From NCBI GenBank assembly GCA_030390025.1, contig CM059432.1, forward strand, positions 86,120,001 to 86,184,000: DNA of 64,000 nt. The letters are read 5' to 3'. Below, piece by piece: positions 1-12,470 of the stretch. The notes below the pieces were generated by a model, which was not told the DNA's origin, made no database searches, and saw only the letters and a program-made list of their open reading frames with translations. The stretch comes from Squalus acanthias. Taxonomy: Eukaryota. The first letter of the stretch is position 1. Each line of letters begins with the position of its first letter. Both the position numbers and the translations under genes were made by a program.

Positions 1-152
1 CGATGAGTATAGATTTTTGGACACTAAGGGAATCAAGGGATATGGAGATAGACGGGAAAGTGGAGTTGATGTAGAAGTTCAGTCATAATCTTATTGAATG
101 GCAGAGCAGGCTCGATGGGCTGAATGGTCGACTGCTCCTATTTCTTACGTTC
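1..152 (+). mobile_element. CR1 LINE 3' end
   Basis: End of ORF2 (..FLDTKGIKGYG..), CR1 3'UTR (gcaggctcgatgggctgaatgg..ctcctatttcttacgttctt) and octamer tail, as in other CR1 copies here. Confidence 0.85.
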
Positions 153-231
153 TTACAATACTAGCGCAAACTACTGGAAACATTACCCCAATATTTCTTC
201 CTAACTCATCTCCTAAAAGACCTATATGAAA

Positions 232-411
232 GCAAAATACTGCGGATGCTGGAAATCTGAAATAAAAACAGAAAATGCTGGAAACACTCAGCAGTTCAGG
301 CAGCATCCGTGGAACTGACAAAATGTCATCGACCTGAAACGTTAACTCTGTTTCTCTCTCCACGTATGCTGCCTGACCTGCTGAGTGTTTCCAGCATTTT
401 CTGTTTTTATT
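232..411. repeat. Penelope-derived palindromic terminal fragment with degenerate hammerhead core
   Basis: Arms 261-313 and 359-411 are near-perfect reverse complements; 315-411 matches the Penelope 3' end at 51306-51399. Confidence 0.75.
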
Positions 412-440
412 CCTAAATGACCTATCTGTTTAAACACATC

Positions 441-1191
441 GGGCCGTATTTTCAGATCGGAGGCTTCCTGCGTGCGGAGGCCTCCGATCTGGAAAAAATC
501 TACGGACTTACCTGAGGGCTCCCGAGGTCCAGACACTTCCACTCCTGGGCCTCTCCAACTCGAAATGTGCAGGGCCCACGTATCCCAGAGGCGCATGCGG
601 TTTGCAAGCGTCCCTGGGATCACGTGGGCCATGGGGAGCCAACAGGAGAAGGGAATCTCCCTTCGTACATTTGACAGATAGACCTGTCAAATATATGAAT
701 GGAGATCAACCCAAAAACACTGAAAACATTAAATAATTTTTTTTTTTAAATAACATTTTTAAATCAGTTGAAATTACAATAAATTAAATCTTTTTTTTAA
801 AAATTAATTTTTTGAAAAAATAATTAAAGTGTTTTACGGGGCTAAAAATAAACACCTTTTTTAAAAGTATTTTTAAATGATAAATGAGTGAAACATTTTT
901 TTTTTACTTTTTTCAAATCTTATGCTGGTAAAAGCAGGCCTTACGCCTGCTTTTACCGGGCATAAGATTTCTAAGGGTTTTATGCGGGCAGAGGTTCTCC
1001 AGAAAGCGGAACTATCTGCCCGCAGAGGCCCTTCTCTAGGGAAGGCATCCGATCTGCCAGAGCATTCTTGACAGATCGGAAATGCCGGTTTTCAGCGCAT
1101 GCGCTTGGCATGCCTGAAACCGGCATTTCCGAAGTCCCTACGGGTGTGGACACAGCGCGTACACACCCGTAGGGATCGGAATATACGGCCC
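441..1191. mobile_element. PIF/Harbinger (Tourist-like) MITE, ~750-bp family, copy 1
   Basis: TIRs GGGCCGTATTTTCAGATC...GATCGGAATATACGGCCC; GC-rich arms, AT-rich core; homologous to 53820-54575 and 63530-64000; TSD not matched in this copy. Confidence 0.85.
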
Positions 1192-1400
1192 AATATCTAT
1201 TAAAGGGTCTTGGATCCCTGTTGCTGCTATCTACAATTTGCCTTTCTATTATCCACTTACCGAATGTTCCACACACTTCTATAACTAATTTTAATTTTTA
1301 AGAAACCATGGAGCAGGAACGTATGACTAGTCGTTGAAGTAGAGATAGGGATGTGGACACTGAACTGAATTTCTGTTCTGACCTGCACCATAATAAAGAC

Positions 1401-1437
1401 TTTATTACATCAGTGTGTACAGCAATATACATTTATT
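1401..1437 (-). promoter_or_regulatory. Candidate polyadenylation signals of the host gene
   Basis: Two AATAAA on minus strand (1432-1437, 1401-1406), 125-160 nt downstream of the TGA stop. Confidence 0.5.
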
Positions 1438-1561
1438 ATCTTTTGTAAGGTGCAGGTTGTTTCTACTGGGTTACATCCATCCCATTTAGTTACTTCTTAT
1501 TCAATACTGTTTTGTTTTAACATTGAAAAATGTGACTGACAGTGGGACAATTTAAATATCT

Positions 1562-1695
1562 TCAGCAGTCTGATCTCTTCTTCAGCTTGCGTATTCTTTC
1601 TTGCCGAATAGTATCACATTCCAAACCAGCTAGTTCTGTCAGTCGATGAATGAACGTGGCTGATGCACCATGGAGAGGGTTCTGGTAGTTCTGTA
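1562..1695 (-). CDS. C8orf89: Last coding exon of C8orf89-like gene
   Basis: Poly-T tract then gctgatacag| acceptor, phase 1; (L)QNYQNPLHGASATFIHRLTELAGLECDTIRQERIRKLKKRSDC*; resembles the recalled human C8orf89 C-terminus ([28 protein letters not shown]). Confidence 0.8.
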
Positions 1696-2006
1696 CTGTA
1701 TCAGCAAAAAAAAAATGCAAATGAATTAAGATCACTGTGTAGAAACCATGAGAAAGCTATAATTGGCCTCAGTGTTTCCAGGTAGGGTGGGGAAAAACCA
1801 GCCAGGCTTTCCATACCTGATCACTGTACAGTAACCCCTGCTGGAAAGTACATGTCAGGTTAGACTGTATCAAGCTTAGGTGTTAAGACTCCTATGCCTG
1901 GGCTCATGTATAAAGAATGGTCAGCTTGGAAAGGGCTGTTGGGGCCCATGGAAACAGCATAAGTTATTAACTTCAGAAGAAAAGGGAAGGGAAAAAAGAG
2001 TTTATT

Positions 2007-3215
2007 GGTCGTGATTGCGCCAACCGAGGCGGATCCGGGGCGGCCGGGGTCAGTAGCGCGGTCCCAGCCTGCTCCAGCCTGCTCTCTCCAAGTGATTTTA
2101 CGGTGATTGGGCTTGTTAAGCTCGCCCAGCGAGGTTCTCGGCCAATTAAAAGGAAGCGGGTCTGATGACGCCATTAGCTGACACGTCATCAACCGGATTC
2201 CTTAAAGGGACCATGCGCAAATTGATTTTGACAGTTGAGCTGTCAGTGTTCTACAGCATTGAGGTGCTGCAAACATTGACAAGCACTGCACAAAGGTGCA
2301 CAACTGCACCCAGGCTCTCCCATGACTCCCTCCATATGCTTATGGACTGAGTCACAGCATGCAGGGAAGTTCTCTTCCCTTCCAATGGGCGAAAGACACC
2401 TCCCCAGGAGACCAACGCAGCCTGGTTGCACATTGCACAGGAAGACACAAGCAGGGATGACGTCAGGAGGACCAGGCTGCAGTGGCGCAAACCTTTCAAT
2501 GATCTCAGTAGATCACGAAACGTTACTGCCAAGCCACACTCAACCTCATCCTGCTGTGCCACTCATCACATCCCCATCACTCTGCCTTCCCTACCCTACT
2601 CCTGCACATCTATACTCACACCAACTTACCTGGCACCTCCACCCATCCCTCTCTATCTACATTATCACTTCCCCATCTCACTAGCCACCCCTCACACTCA
2701 CCCTCATCTTACTGTAAGCATACCAACTAACAACACACAGGCTCTTGGGTGGTTTAGCCAATGTTCATGTGAAGTTTCTGGTAATGTGCTGTCAAGCATT
2801 GAAGACTTTATTTTCAACACTTTCCGGTCTTGGACAGATTTGTGGGCACCTTTGGAAGTGGCTTAGTGAGTTGCAGTGAATGGTGAGACATAAGGGTACC
2901 TCTCCCACAATGGTGATGTGTGTGAAAGGAATGGCTTGGGCATTGTAGGGATACTTTATGGTGTTGGTGTGGGGTGGTGCCAACCTGGCACATCATGTGG
3001 CAGCCAGGGTGTACAGTGTCAAGTAAAGTAAATCTGGCTATGGTGAGGCCATCCCTGGTGTCCCAGGCAGCAATGTGATCGGGTGCTGATGCCCTGTGTC
3101 CTGTGCAGCATCAGTTGATTGCGGAGAAGGTTGTTGTTGATGTTGGTGCTGCTGGTGTGCCCGGTGATGCTGGTGTTGGGGCTGATCGTGGTGGGATTCT
3201 GAGGACCAAGGTGAG
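2007..3215 (+). mobile_element. Harbinger derivative (family B), one end missing; Myb/SANT remnant on +, transposase N-terminal remnant on -
   Basis: ~2305-2520 reads APRLSHDSL..REVLFPSNGRK..AAWLHIAQE..RRTRLQWRKPFNDL (Myb/SANT-like); inverted homologue at 21500-22787; decayed TIR GGTCGTGATT. Confidence 0.75.
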
Positions 3216-3349
3216 ATATAAACCATCGCTGTCAATGCTTGTTGATAAGCATTGACTGGGATGGTTTATTGTAAAGAAAAGTACTTTTCTCTTTAATCTC
3301 ATACAAGTTAGATTTGACCAATTCTTACCTGGGAACACGAATCTTGTCC

Positions 3350-3670
3350 AATGGCAATCCCACCAATGGCAAGTTGTGAAATCAAATTCATAAAATCTAA
3401 TAATTTGTGGACTTTGAAAGCTGCAACATTGTTGTAAAAACCCAATGAATTCAGTAATGTCCTTCAGAGAAGTGAACCTGCTTCCATACCTGGTTTGCCC
3501 TACACATAACTCCAGTCCCATATTATGAGGGAAGTGTCTTAGCAAGCTATTCAGTTGTAAAACCAATTACTAGAAGATCTTTACCACCACCTTTTCAGGA
3601 CAACCAGGGATGGACAATAAATGTGGCATTGGCAGCATAACGCACATCAAAGGACACTTTTTCTAAAAAA
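3350..3670 (+). mobile_element. Degenerate SINE-like repeat with jockey/CR1-group LINE 3' tail
   Basis: 3580-3670 (caccaccttttc..gggatggacaataaatgtggc..cacatc) matches the LINE tail at 41602-41700(-) and 29950-30028(+); upstream body is non-LINE. Confidence 0.55.
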
Positions 3671-3817
3671 TATATGTGTAAAAAAAAATTCTCCTAACCT
3701 CTTCATTGTTTTGATGATTTTCTATTTATCCCCTCTAGTTACCAACTCACTGATCAGCTTATCCCGAGTTAACTTATCAAAACACTGGCATAAATTGGAA
3801 CATCTCTTTTAGATCTC

Positions 3818-4617
3818 AACAACAACAACTTGTATTTATATAGCACCTTTAACGTAGTAAAACGTCCCAAGGCACTTTACATGAGCGTTAACAAACAAAA
3901 TTTGACACTGAACCACATAAGGCGATATTAGGACAGATGACCAAAAGCTTGCACAAAGAGGTAAGTTTTAAGGAGCGTCTTAAAGGAGGAGAGAGAGGTA
4001 GAGAGGCGGAGAGTTTTAGGGAGGGAATCCCAGAACTTAGGGTCGAAGCAGCTGAAGGCTCGGCTGCCAGTGGTGGAGCCATGAAAATCAGGAACACGCA
4101 AGAGGCCAGAATTGGAGGAGCGCAGATATATCGGAGGGTTGTAGTGCTCAAGGAGGTTAACAGAGATAGGGAGGAGCGAGGCCATGGAGTCAATTTGAAA
4201 ACAAGGATGAGAATTTTAAAATCGAGGCGTTGCCGTACTGGGACCCAATGTAGGTCAGTGAGCACAGGAGTGATGGGTGAAAGGGACTTGGTGCGAGTTA
4301 GGATACGGGCAGCAGAGTTTTGGATGAGCTCAAGTTTATGGAGGGTGGAAGATAGGAGGCCAGCCAGGAGTGCATTGGAATAGTTAAGTCTAGAGGTAAG
4401 AGAGGCATGGATGAAGGTTCCAGCAGCAGATGAGCTGAGGCAGGGGTGGAGACAGGCGATGTTACAGAGGTTGAAGTAGGCGGTCTTGGTGATGGAGCGA
4501 ATATGTGGTCGGAAGCTCATCTCGGGGTCAAATACGACACCAAGTTTGCAAACGGTTTGGTTCAGCCTCATGCAGTGGCCAGGGAGAGGGATGGAGTCAG
4601 TGGCTAGGGAATGGAGT
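3818..4617 (-). mobile_element. L2 LINE 3' fragment
   Basis: ORF2 C-terminus LGVVFDPEMSF..SRLNYSNALL..QNSAARIL..LHWVPVRQR; (TTG)n tail at 3818-3830. Confidence 0.9.
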
Positions 4618-6105
4618 TGTAGCCATGTACCCATGGATTGGAGGGTAGCTAATGTTACCCCACTATTCAAAAAGGGTGGTAGAGAGAAAGCGGGGAATTA
4701 CAAACCGGTAAGCCTGACATCGGTAGTGGAAAAAATGCTAGAGTCTATTATAAAGTATGTAATAGCTGAGCACTTGAAAAACAGTGACAGGATCGGACAA
4801 AGTCAACATGGATTTACAAAAGGTAAATCGTGCTTGACTAATCTACTGGAATTTTTTGAGGATGTAACTGGGAAAATAGATAAGGGAGAACCAGTAGATG
4901 TGGTGTATTTGGACTTTCAAAAGGCTTTCGATAAGGTCCCGCATAAGAGATTAGCATGTAAAGTTAAGGCACATGGGATTGGGGCAAGGTATTGACTTGG
5001 ATAGAGAACTGGTTGGCGGACAGAAAGCAGAGAGTAGGAATTAATGGGTCTTTTTCCGAGTGGCAGGCAGTGACTAGTGGGGTACCGCAGGGTTCGGTCC
5101 TTGGACCCCAGCTATTCACAATATACATTAATGATCTGGATAAGGGAACTAAATGTAATATCTCCAAGTTTGCAGATGACACAAAGCTGGGTGGGCGTGT
5201 GTGCTCCGAGGAGGATACTGAGAAACTCCAGGATGATTTGGACAGGTTGGGTGAGTGGGCAGAAGCGTGGCAGATACAATATAATGCGGATAAATGTGAG
5301 GTTATCCACTTTGGTGTCAAAAACAGAAAGGCAGACTATTATCTGAATGGCAATAGATTGGGAGAAGGGGAAGTGCAACGAGACCTGGGTGTCCTTGTGC
5401 ACCAGTCGCTGAAGGTAAGCATGCAGGTGCAGCAGGCGGTGAAGAAGGCAAATGGTATGTTGGCCTTCATAGCGAAAGGGTTTGAGTATAGGAACAGGGA
5501 TGTCCTGCTGCAGTTGTACAGGGCCTTGGTTAGACCACACCTTGAGTACTGTGTGCAGTTTTGGTCACCTTATCTGAGGAAGGATGTTCTTGCCATGGAA
5601 GGAGTTCAGCGAAGATTCACAAGGCTGATACCTGGGATGGCAGGAATGACATATGAGGAGAGATTGGGTCGATTGGGCTTATACTCGCTGGAGTTTAGAA
5701 GAATGAGAGGGGATCTCATCGAAACATATAAAATTCTGACAGGTCTGGACAAACTAGATGCAGGAAGAATGTTCCCGATGGTCGGAGAGTCCAGAACCAG
5801 GGGTCATAATCTAAGGATAAGGGGTAAGCCATTTAGGACAGAAATGAGGAAGAATTTCTTCACCCAGAGAGTGGTGAACCTGTGGAATTCTCTACCACAG
5901 AAGGTGGTTGAGGCCAAGTCATTAAATATATTCAAGAATGAGTTAGATATATTTCTTAAAGCTAAAGGTATCAAGGGATATGGGGAGAAGGCAGGTACAG
6001 GGTACTGAGTTTGGATGATCAGCCATGATCTCATCGAATGGCGGAGCAGGCTCGAGGGGCCGAATGGCCTACTTCTGCTCCTATCTTCTATGTTTCTATG
6101 TTTCT
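4618..6105 (+). mobile_element. CR1 LINE, 5'-truncated, RT nearly intact
   Basis: [28 protein letters not shown]; single frameshift near 4985; (TTTCTATG)n tail. Confidence 0.95.
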
Positions 6106-6124
6106 AGCGGGGAGCAAAGACAAT

Positions 6125-6325
6125 GGACCTGAATTTGCAGTCGGAGGCTTCCCACGGGCGGATGCCTCCGACCGGCAAAAAATCTACGAACTTACCTTCT
6201 GCCTTGGGATCCACGGGGACTCACGCTCCTGGGCCTCTATGCGTAAACACGCGCACAGGCCCACATTTCCCAGGGGCGCATGCGGTTGTTGACAGAGCAC
6301 AAGTTCCGGGTTTTAGCGTAATTTC
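6125..6325. mobile_element. Left-arm fragment of a MITE related to 441-1191
   Basis: tcggaggcttcc..gcctccgaccggcaaaaaatctacgaacttacc..ctcctgggcctct aligns with 458-600. Confidence 0.6.
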
Positions 6326-6332
6326 ATCCTTA

Positions 6333-7222
6333 ATTACATAGGATATACAGCACAGAAACAGGCCATTCGGCCAAACCAGTCCATGCCGGCATGTTTGCTC
6401 GATTCGAGCCTCCTCCTGTCTTTCCTCATCTAACTCTATCAGCATAACCTTCTATTCCCTTCTCCCTCATATGCTTATCTAGCCTCCGCTTAAATGTATC
6501 TATACTATTCGCTTCAACCACTCCCTGTGCTAGCGAGTTCCACATTCTCACCTTTCGGATGAGACGTTAAACTGAGGCCCCGTCTGCTCTCTCAGGTGGA
6601 TGTAAAAGATCCCATGGCACTTTTTCGAAGAAGAGCAGGGGAGTTATCCCCGGTGTCCTGGCCAATATTTATCCCTCAATCAACATCACAAAAACAGATT
6701 ATTCGGTCATTATCACATTGCTGTTTGTGGAAGCTTGCTGAGCGCAAATTGGCTGCCGCGTTTCCTACATTACAACAGTGACTACACTTCAAAAAGTACT
6801 TCATTGGCTCTAAAGCACTTTGGGACATCCGGTGGTTGTGAAAGGCGCTATATAAATGCAAGTCTTTCTTTTAAAGAAGTTCCTTCTGAATTCCCTATTT
6901 GATTTCTTGGTGACTATCTTATATTGATGGCCTCTAGTTTTGCTCTTCCCCACAAGTGGAAACACTCTCTCTGTATCTACTCTATCAAAACCTTTCATAA
7001 TTTTAAAGACCTCTATTAGGTCACCCCTCAGCCTTCTCTTTTCAAGAGAAAAGAGACCCAGCCTGTTCATCCTTTCCTGATAGGTATACCCTCGCATTTC
7101 TGGTATTATCCTTGTAAATCTTTTTTGCACCCTCTCCACTGCCTCTATATTCTTTTTATAATATGGCGACCAGAATTGTACGCAGTACTCCAAGTGTGGT
7201 CTAACCAAGGTTTGATACAATT
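6333..7222 (-). mobile_element. CR1 LINE 3' fragment interrupted by a Deu-SINE
   Basis: [20 protein letters not shown], resuming at VRMWNSL; 3'UTR and tail toward 6333. Confidence 0.9.
6551..6872 (+). mobile_element. Deu-domain SINE (SacSINE1/AmnSINE1-like), 5'-truncated, L2-type tail
   Basis: Recognised Deu core CCTTTCGGATGAGACGTTAAAC..GATCCCATGGCAC..GAAGAAGAGCAGGGGAG; tail aaaggcgctatataaatgcaagt matches the L2 3' end at 3825-3880(-). Confidence 0.8.
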
Positions 7223-8624
7223 AAAGACTCAAAATTTTCCCTGCCGCAGATGTTAAGTTAACTGCTCTGTGATAATCTGGATTAGCTCCCTCTCTCTTTT
7301 TAAAAATAGGTACTATATTGGCTACTCTCCCAGCACATATCCACATGCAATAGAGCCCCAAATTATAATTAATAGGGCCTCTGTAATTTCCTCCTTCATT
7401 TCACTCAGGATCCTAGGATATATCCCGTCAGGCCCTGGCGCTGTCTTCCTTTAGCTTAACTAACATCTAAAGTTTTCCTTTTATCCATGATAGTATCTCT
7501 CATCTCACTCTCGACCACTTCAGGATTCACCTCCTTTCCAATACCCTTTAAGAAAACCGATGCAAAGTACTTGATGTTTCTATTTATAAAACCTAGGATT
7601 CCATATACTTATTTTTTAATAAATTGACCTCCCACTAAGACTTTCTGCTCCTCTAATCCTTTTAAAGTTTTACTATTTAGTGTAATTGCTTGGCCCCTTC
7701 AGCGCAATGCAGGAGTGCATCAGAATGGCTGCAAATTAGGCCAGCACCCAGAAACACTGGGTCCTGGCTGTGCCCCAGACTTTCCTAATGGCGGAGTGTC
7801 CAGCTCACCCAAAGGAGATCATAAACACAGGAAAGGATGGGGCCAGGAGCAGGGGCTCCGAACATTTGAGTTCCTGCATTCCAGAGCTCTCAGAGGCCTG
7901 GCAGATGTTCGGAGGACAGTACACCCAAGAAGGCTTACTGGCCTGTTCAATGACGGTTGTGAGGACCACCTAGGGGTCCAGCCCTGGGCCATGACCTGGA
8001 CCTGCAAAGAGGACTTTTTGGGAATTTTTAAAATAAATTTTGTCAAGGGGACTATTGGGGGAAAAGTCAGGAAGTTTCTGGAGTGAGGTCCTGACAATCC
8101 TGCTGCTAGTCTGCCACTTATGTCGCAATTTGCAGCCTCCTGCACAAGATGGGCACCTGGGGGCTGGTGGGCAGGCTCAATAGGCTGTACAGTTCATGGG
8201 CACCACCTATGATGATCTACACTTTTGGAAAGCTTGGCACCGGCGATATATTCCGTGTTTTTTCTAGCAGATATGTTCTTTCCAAAGGGAAAGTGGTGAA
8301 CACATGGCACTGGCTGTCATAAACATTTAATGCATATCCAGGGGTTAAGCTATCCCTGTAGTATGATTTCCCTGTAGGTCAGCCTGCAGCAGAACTCTTG
8401 TGAAGCAGGAGCAGCAAAGACAGATGTCTAAGAAGATGTAGCAGAATCAGTAAGCAGTCCTGGGGTAATGTGTGGATAAAATCACTCAAGCGTTATTCCA
8501 GCTGCATTTGTTGGCACCTCATGAATTTCTCTTCCTCATCTAAATCAAGCAATAGCAAAGGAATAACCATCCTCACCAGTCTTGCATGGTGCTATTTAAA
8601 TGGCAGCAGCAACCAAGAATTGTT

Positions 8625-11302
8625 TGGGATTCTTGGGATATGGGCATCATTAGCAGGGCCAGCATTTATTGCCCATCTCTAGTTGCCTCGAGAAGGTGGT
8701 GGTGAGCTGCCTTCTTGAACCACTGCAGTCCATGTGGTGAAGGTACTCTCTCAGTGCTGTTGGGTAGGGAGTACCAGGATGTTGACCCAGCGATGATGAA
8801 GGAATATGTCCAAGTCAGGATAGTGTGTGACTTGGAGGGGAACTTGAAAGTGGTGGGGTTCCCATGTGCCTGTTTCCCTTGTCCTTCTAGGTGGTACAGG
8901 TCATGGGTTTGGGAGGTGCTGTCGAAGAAGCCTTGGTGAGTTGCTGCAGTGCATCCTGTAGATAATACACAATGCAGCCACGGTGCGCCAGTGGTGGAGC
9001 CAGTGGATATTTAAAATGGTGGATAGAGTGCCATTCAAGCGGACTGCTTTATCCTGATTGGTGTCGAGCTTCTTGAGTTGTTGCAGCTGCGCCCGTGCAG
9101 TTCAAATGGAGAGCATTCCAACCCACTACTGACTTGTGCTTTGTAAGCGCTGGAGAAGCTTTGGGGTGTCAGGAGGTGAGCCACTCACCGCAGAATACCC
9201 AGCCTCTGACCTGATCTAGCACCTACATTTATGTGTCTGGTCCAGTTGAGTTTCTGGTCAATGGTAACCCCCCAGGATGTTGATAGTGTGGGATTCGGCG
9301 ATGGTAATGCCGTTGAATGTCAAAGGGCGGTGGTTAGACTCTCTCGTTGGAGATGGTTACTGCCTGGCACTTGTGTGGCGCAAATGTTACTTGCCGTTTA
9401 TCAGCCCAAGCCTGGATGTAGTCCAGGTCTTGCATGCATGAACTGCTTCATTATCTGAGGAGTTGCAAATGGAACTGAACACTGTGCAATCATCATCGAA
9501 CAGCCCCACTCCTAACCTTATGATGGAGGGAAGGTCATCGATGAAGCAATCGAAGGTAGTTGGACCAGGGACGCTGACTGAAAAACTCCTGAAGCAATGT
9601 CCTGGGGCTATGATTATTGGCTTCCAACAACCACAACCATCTTCCTTTGTACTAGGTATGAATCCAGCCACTGGAGTTTGCCCCTTGATCCCAGTTTTAT
9701 TAGGGCTCCTTGGTGCCACATTCGGTCGAATGCTGCCTTGATGTCAAGGGCACCTCACCTATGGAATTCATCATATCTGTCCATGTTTGGACCAAGGCTG
9801 TAATGAGGTCTTTAGCCCAGTTGTCCTGGCGGAACCCAAACTGAACATTGGCTAGGTGAGAACATTGTGCCTGGCAACATTTCCATTTATAAATTTATTT
9901 TAAAAAATCCCAGCATGGAGAAGTTTAATTAATTTCTCTTCATTGTGAGCCATGTAACATACTCAAAGTAAGGTTTAAATGTTCTTTTATTTTATGTTTA
10001 AGTGTTTAAAAGTGGTAAAGTATTGAAGGTTTGTCAGACCTGGTATAAAGCAAGATGGTTGTGGTTGTTGGAGGCCAATAATCATAGCCCCAGGACATCG
10101 CTTCAGGAGTTCCACAGGGCACCATCCTTGGCCCAACTACCTTCAGCTGCTTCATTGATGACCTTTCCTCCATCATAAGGTCAGAAGTGGGGCTGTTGAT
10201 GATACCTTCCATCACTTTGCTGGTGATTGAGAGTAGGCTGATAGGATGGTAATTAGCCAGGTTAGATTTGTCCTGCTTTTTTTGGACAGAACATACCTGG
10301 GCAATCTGGGTAGATGCCAGTGTTGTAGCTGTACTGGAACAGTTTGGTTCGGAGCACGGCTAGTTCTGGAGCACAAGCCTTCAGCACTACAGCCAGGATG
10401 TTGTTGGGACCCATAGACTTTGCTGTGTTCAGTGCGCTAAGCCATTTCTTGATATCACGTGGAGTGAATCGAATTGGCTAAAGTCTGGCATCAGTATTTT
10501 GGGGATCGCAGCGGGTAGCTGAGAAGGATCATCCACTCAGCACTTCTAGCTGAAGATGTTGTGAACGCTTCAGCCTTGACTTTTGCACTCAAGGAGTGGG
10601 CTCCATCGTCTTTGAGGATGGGGAAGTTCATGGAACCTCCTCCTCCCGTTAGTTGCTTAATTGTCCACCACTATTCACGATTGGATGTGGCAGGATTGCA
10701 GAGCTTTGATCTGTCTGTTGGTTGTGGGATCGCTTAGTTCTGTCTATGGCATGCTGCGTCCACTGTTTAACAATGATGTAGTCCTGTGCTATAGCTTCAC
10801 CAGGTTGGCACCTAATTTTCAAGTATGCCTGGTGGTGCTCCTGGTATGCTCTTCCACACTTCTCATTGAGCCAGGGTTGGTCACCTGGCTTAATGAAGGA
10901 GTGAGATATGTGCCAGGCCATGAAGGTTAAAGTTGTGACAAAATAAATTCTGCTGCTGTTGATGGCCTACAGCGCCTCATGGATGCCCAATTTTGAGCTG
11001 CTAGATCTGTTCTTACTCTATCCCGTTTAGCATGGTGGTAATGCCACACAACACAGTGGAGGGTGTCGTCAGTGTGATGACGAGACTTGGTTTCCACAAG
11101 GACTGTGCGGTGGTTACTCCTACCAACACTGCTGTGGACAGATGCATCCGCGACAGGTAGATTGGTGAGCACCTCGTGTTGGTTCCCTCACCACCTGCCG
11201 CAAGCCCAGTCTGGCAACTATGTCCTTCAGGACTCGGCCAGCTCAATCAGTGGTGGTACTACTGAGCCACTCTTGGTGATAGACATTGAAGCCCCCCACT
11301 TC
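8625..11302 (-). mobile_element. Degraded jockey/CR1-group LINE (endonuclease to 3' end), with an inverted internal segment at 10039-10198
   Basis: Homologous to 41602-42660; RT remnants (FIDDLPSII..GLFDDDCT), endonuclease remnant (FNVYHQEWL); non-LINE gap 9860-10038. Confidence 0.8.
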
Positions 11303-12470
11303 AGAAGGAGAAGCAGAGTGCTTTAGGGAGGAAATTCGAGAGAATGGGACCCAGGTGGCTGAAGGCTCTGCAACCAACAATGGGGCAAAGGGACAGGAAT
11401 TATACAGAATGTCAGAGTCAGAAGAACAGTGTTCGGAGAAGTGATACAAGGGTGGATAAAATTGCAGAGATAGAACAAGGCAAAGCCATGCAGGAATTTA
11501 AAGACGAAGAAGAAGATTTTAATTTGATACATTGGGAATGAGGAGCCAGTGTAAATAGGTGAGGACAGGAGTGATAAGTGAGTGGAGCTTATGAAGACAG
11601 GATGCGTGCAACAGAGTTTTGGACAAATTTATGATGGGTGGAGAAAAGGAGACCAGCAAGGAGAGCATTGGAGTAATAGACACTGCTGAGGTAGGGATGG
11701 AGACAGGCAATGTTGTGGAGGTGGAAGTAAGCAGTCTTTGTGATTCATTTGAAACTCGCAAAGGTTACATAAATGTTCTGGTTGAGCTTGCAACATCAGC
11801 CGGTGAGGGAATGGAATCAGTGGCAATGCAGTGGAATTTGTGGTGGTGGCCGAGGACGATGGACGAAGTTGTGACTCATCCAAGACTTGAAGTTGGACAA
11901 ACAATCTGATAGCATGGAAGCAGTTAAGGCATGGGGTGATGGAGGTGATGGAGAGGTATAGTTGTGCGTCAATGACATACACTTGGACTCTGAACCTATG
12001 CCTGTGGATGATGCCACCAAGGGACAGCATATAGATAAAAAGGAAGGGGGAAAAGATAATCCTTTGAGAGATTCCAGAGCTGATGATGCAGGAGAGCGAA
12101 GAGAAGCCATTGCTGGAGATATGCTGGCTACACGCAGATATACTCAGGAATGGAACAATGTGAGGCAGTCCAACAAAGATGAATGTTAGAGGAGAGGCAC
12201 TGGAGAAGGATGGTGTGGTCAACCATGTCACATCGCAGAGATGTCAAGGAGAAATAAAGCACCATGGTCACAGACACAGAACATGTCATTTTTTACCTTG
12301 GTGTGTGCCGTTTCAGTGCAATGAGAAGGGCAGAAGGTGGATTGAAGGGATTTTAACAGGACTTCTGGGAGAGATGGGCACTGAGCTGAGGTGATAGCAC
12401 ATTTAATACCTTAGAGAGGAAAGGAAGATTGAAGATGTGGTGATAGTTGCCGAGGACAGAAGAAACAAGG
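11303..12470 (-). mobile_element. Old L2 LINE fragment
   Basis: Decayed RT/C-terminus (SGISQR..FLFIYMLSLGGII..DAQLYLS; ITPVLTYLHWL) homologous to L2 at 3818-4617 and 51401-51830. Confidence 0.75.

Noticed and set aside
4486..4995. 169-aa ORF suggesting a novel fusion protein
   Set aside because: Chance read-through from antisense L2 into a 5'-truncated CR1
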